Assembly: GCA_017450465.1 (NCBI GenBank)
Contig: JAFSUW010000003.1
Location: 4,481 to 68,480 of the forward strand
Length of the DNA: 64,000 nucleotides
Source of the DNA: Clostridia bacterium
GTDB taxonomy: Bacteria; Bacillota; Clostridia; TANB77; RGIG9151
Direction of reading: 5' to 3'
In this document: in pieces, positions 62,024 to 64,000 of the stretch
Numbering within the stretch: position 1 is the first letter of the stretch
Layout of the letters: every line of letters starts with the position of its first letter
Made by a program: the position numbers and the translations under genes
The notes under the pieces: model-generated
What the model was told of the DNA's origin: nothing
Database searches by the model: none
What the model saw: only the letters and a program-made list of their open reading frames with translations

Positions 62024-64000
62024 TTACTTATTAAAAAAACTGATATATTTGATATTAGAACCTTTTGCCTCAACAATTTGTTTATATAAACTATCACTTG
62101 CGGTCCTACTGCTTATTGGGCAAAAATATGTATTTAATTCATAATCATGTTCAACTGCGTTTACTTCTATTCCATACATACGAACACCGTGAAGATTTTC
62201 ATCATTATCTACAATACCATAAACCATGTCTAATTTTTCCATAGATTTTAATAAGCTAAGCACCATTTTGGTATTAGCACCAGCAGTTACTAATATAAAC
62301 TTATTATCTCCTACTTCGCGTAGCATACGTTTTACTAACATTACCACTGAATAATACGCATATCTATGTATATTTTGTGCCTTTATTTCATAGTAGAATG
62401 TTGGATTTTTTAATACATTTAGTCCAGAATACCACTCTGGCCTTGTTGTCCTTGCTCTTGAATAAAACTCATTTATATCAACATCTTTTACTTTATCTAT
62501 CGCTTCATCACTTATAAGTGGCATAAGCATATTTGAACCATAGTTTTGATCAAACTGTACATCTTTTAATCTCTTTACTTCATTAAGTTCAGGGAAACAG
62601 AAAAGACGATTTAATATATTACATACTTCAATGTTATTGTTCTTCCAATTACGCAAATGTGGTTTTTTATTTGCAAGTTTTAAGAATTCATTTTGGAATG
62701 AAAGTATACCTTCTTGAAGTTTCTTTATGCCGTCGATTTGCCACTGTGGATATTCAATTTTTAATGTTTTTGGTACTACCTTACCATCTTCATACTTATA
62801 TCCTACAGTTGTACCTTCTTCGGCAAGTAAAAACATTTCCATTAAATATACATACACGTCTCCGATAAGCTTTTTATCTGCGCCATAATTGCCAATAAAC
62901 CCTCTTACATCGCCGCCACCTATTGTGTTTATAGCAACATCTGGGTGCGCAAAACACATTAAAGTTATTAAATCAAGGTCCTTAAACATCTTTGCAAGTG
63001 ACGTTGGGATAGTAGCTTTCCAACCAATATCTACTAATATGGCTTTTGATGTTATTCCAGCATCTTTAAAATAATCTTTAATTATCTTAGAATCCCCTTT
63101 ATTTTTTGTTCTAATAAGGTCTATAATTTCTTTACTTGTAAGAAATTCTTCAACTTCATCAAAAACTTTTTTACCGTTTATGTTTAATGTCCTAATTTCC
63201 TCTACTTTATATGAAATAATGTCTTTAAGTTTATCTCCAACCTCTTCTTCAATGTTTAATGTTTTTAAAATTGATTTAATTGTTAAACCGGTAGTAATTA
63301 ACATGTTTTTTATTGTCGGTGGCTCTATATACTCTAAAGCCGAAGTTTGCATTGCATATCTTGAAATATATAATGGTTCTACCGAATAATTAAGCCCTCT
63401 TGCCTCAGCTGCATTCCTAATCATTTTGGTTAAAAACATTCCTTCGCGCATTAAAGGTCTTATTACAGAGATATTATTTTTTATCGCATTATCTATTACC
63501 CATTCTGAAAACATAGTAAAGAATGGTCCTACTATCATAGCACCTATATCAAAAAATTCTTTATCTCTTTTATCCGTGTAAGGGTTTTTACTAGCACCAA
63601 GTAACCTTATTGGGCATATGGGCTGTGCTATTAAATCATATGCCATTTCTTCCATCGTAAAGAATGGAAATCTAGCATTTCCCTCACTTATAAAGTTATA
63701 GTAAAAATTCGGAATATTATGCTTGTTCGCAATTCCTATGTCACTATAGATGTTATCACCAACATGAAACATTTCTTCATTTTTTATTCCCATAGTTTTA
63801 GCTACTAAATCATATAAAGCGCCATCTCTTTTTGAAGTATCATAATCTACAGAAATAAATATTTGTTCAAATAAACTTAAATCTACGCCGTTATATTCTA
63901 GTATTTCTCCAATTATTTTGCCGCCAAGGTACATATCTGATGTAAGTATTACTTTTAAGTTTAGCACGTTTTTAATGTATTTTATTGTCTCATACATTTC
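62024..64000 (-). CDS. paralog B of 59678-62020 (HAD-like-domain large protein), 5' end beyond window
   Basis: Matching blocks throughout (FHVGDNIYSDIGIANKHNIPNFYY, MEEMAY, DIGWK, C-terminal KFILVTAGANTKM). ORF still open at the window edge. Confidence 0.4.
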   Translation of the reverse strand, partial: EMYETIKYIKNVLNLKVILTSDMYLGGKIIGEILEYNGVDLSLFEQIFISVDYDTSKRDGALYDLVAKTMGIKNEEMFHVGDNIYSDIGIANKHNIPNFYYNFISEGNARFPFFTMEEMAYDLIAQPICPIRLLGASKNPYTDKRDKEFFDIGAMIVGPFFTMFSEWVIDNAIKNNISVIRPLMREGMFLTKMIRNAAEARGLNYSVEPLYISRYAMQTSALEYIEPPTIKNMLITTGLTIKSILKTLNIEEEVGDKLKDIISYKVEEIRTLNINGKKVFDEVEEFLTSKEIIDLIRTKNKGDSKIIKDYFKDAGITSKAILVDIGWKATIPTSLAKMFKDLDLITLMCFAHPDVAINTIGGGDVRGFIGNYGADKKLIGDVYVYLMEMFLLAEEGTTVGYKYEDGKVVPKTLKIEYPQWQIDGIKKLQEGILSFQNEFLKLANKKPHLRNWKNNNIEVCNILNRLFCFPELNEVKRLKDVQFDQNYGSNMLMPLISDEAIDKVKDVDINEFYSRARTTRPEWYSGLNVLKNPTFYYEIKAQNIHRYAYYSVVMLVKRMLREVGDNKFILVTAGANTKMVLSLLKSMEKLDMVYGIVDNDENLHGVRMYGIEVNAVEHDYELNTYFCPISSRTASDSLYKQIVEAKGSNIKYISFFNK

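Noticed and set aside
62024-63997. Complete 657-aa protein starting at Met 63997
   Set aside because: The reading frame is still open at the window edge, and paralog A has about 125 additional N-terminal residues, so the gene is truncated by the window.

Overview
Low-GC (about 30%) Firmicutes/Clostridia-type chromosomal segment, dense with housekeeping genes. On the plus strand: a gltD-like oxidoreductase, truB, an SDR, galE-galT, ligA, a ugtP-like gene, recD2, cysS and a GNAT. On the minus strand: xerC-like, hup, yqeG, dusB, tRNA-Met, then a trpS-mutS-murD block, then an SLH surface protein. Accessory content stands out in six places. (1) A single-module NRPS with C-A-T-R architecture (terminal reductase) that appears co-transcribed with a polytopic orphan histidine kinase. 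(2) Two giant paralogous alpha-2-macroglobulin-like surface proteins with no visible thioester motif, one seemingly in an operon with trpS-mutS-murD. (3) Four monocistronic cassettes of atypical GC (45-60% against a host background of about 30%), each with its own near-consensus promoter and terminator. Two of their promoters share an identical 15-mer. (4) Two copies, about 46 kb apart and in inverted orientation, of a roughly 90-bp GC-rich palindromic repeat, plus a recurring GGGCGAAC...TTCGCCC hairpin family. (5) A perfect 32-bp palindrome and clustered GCGCAAAAT motifs around the tyrosine recombinase. (6) A 12-kb cell-surface glycopolymer locus (amidase, epimerase, HMGL-like aldolase, CMP-sugar cytidylyltransferase, and tandem large HAD-like paralogs) running off the window end. 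No CRISPR array, IS element or obvious prophage was seen.
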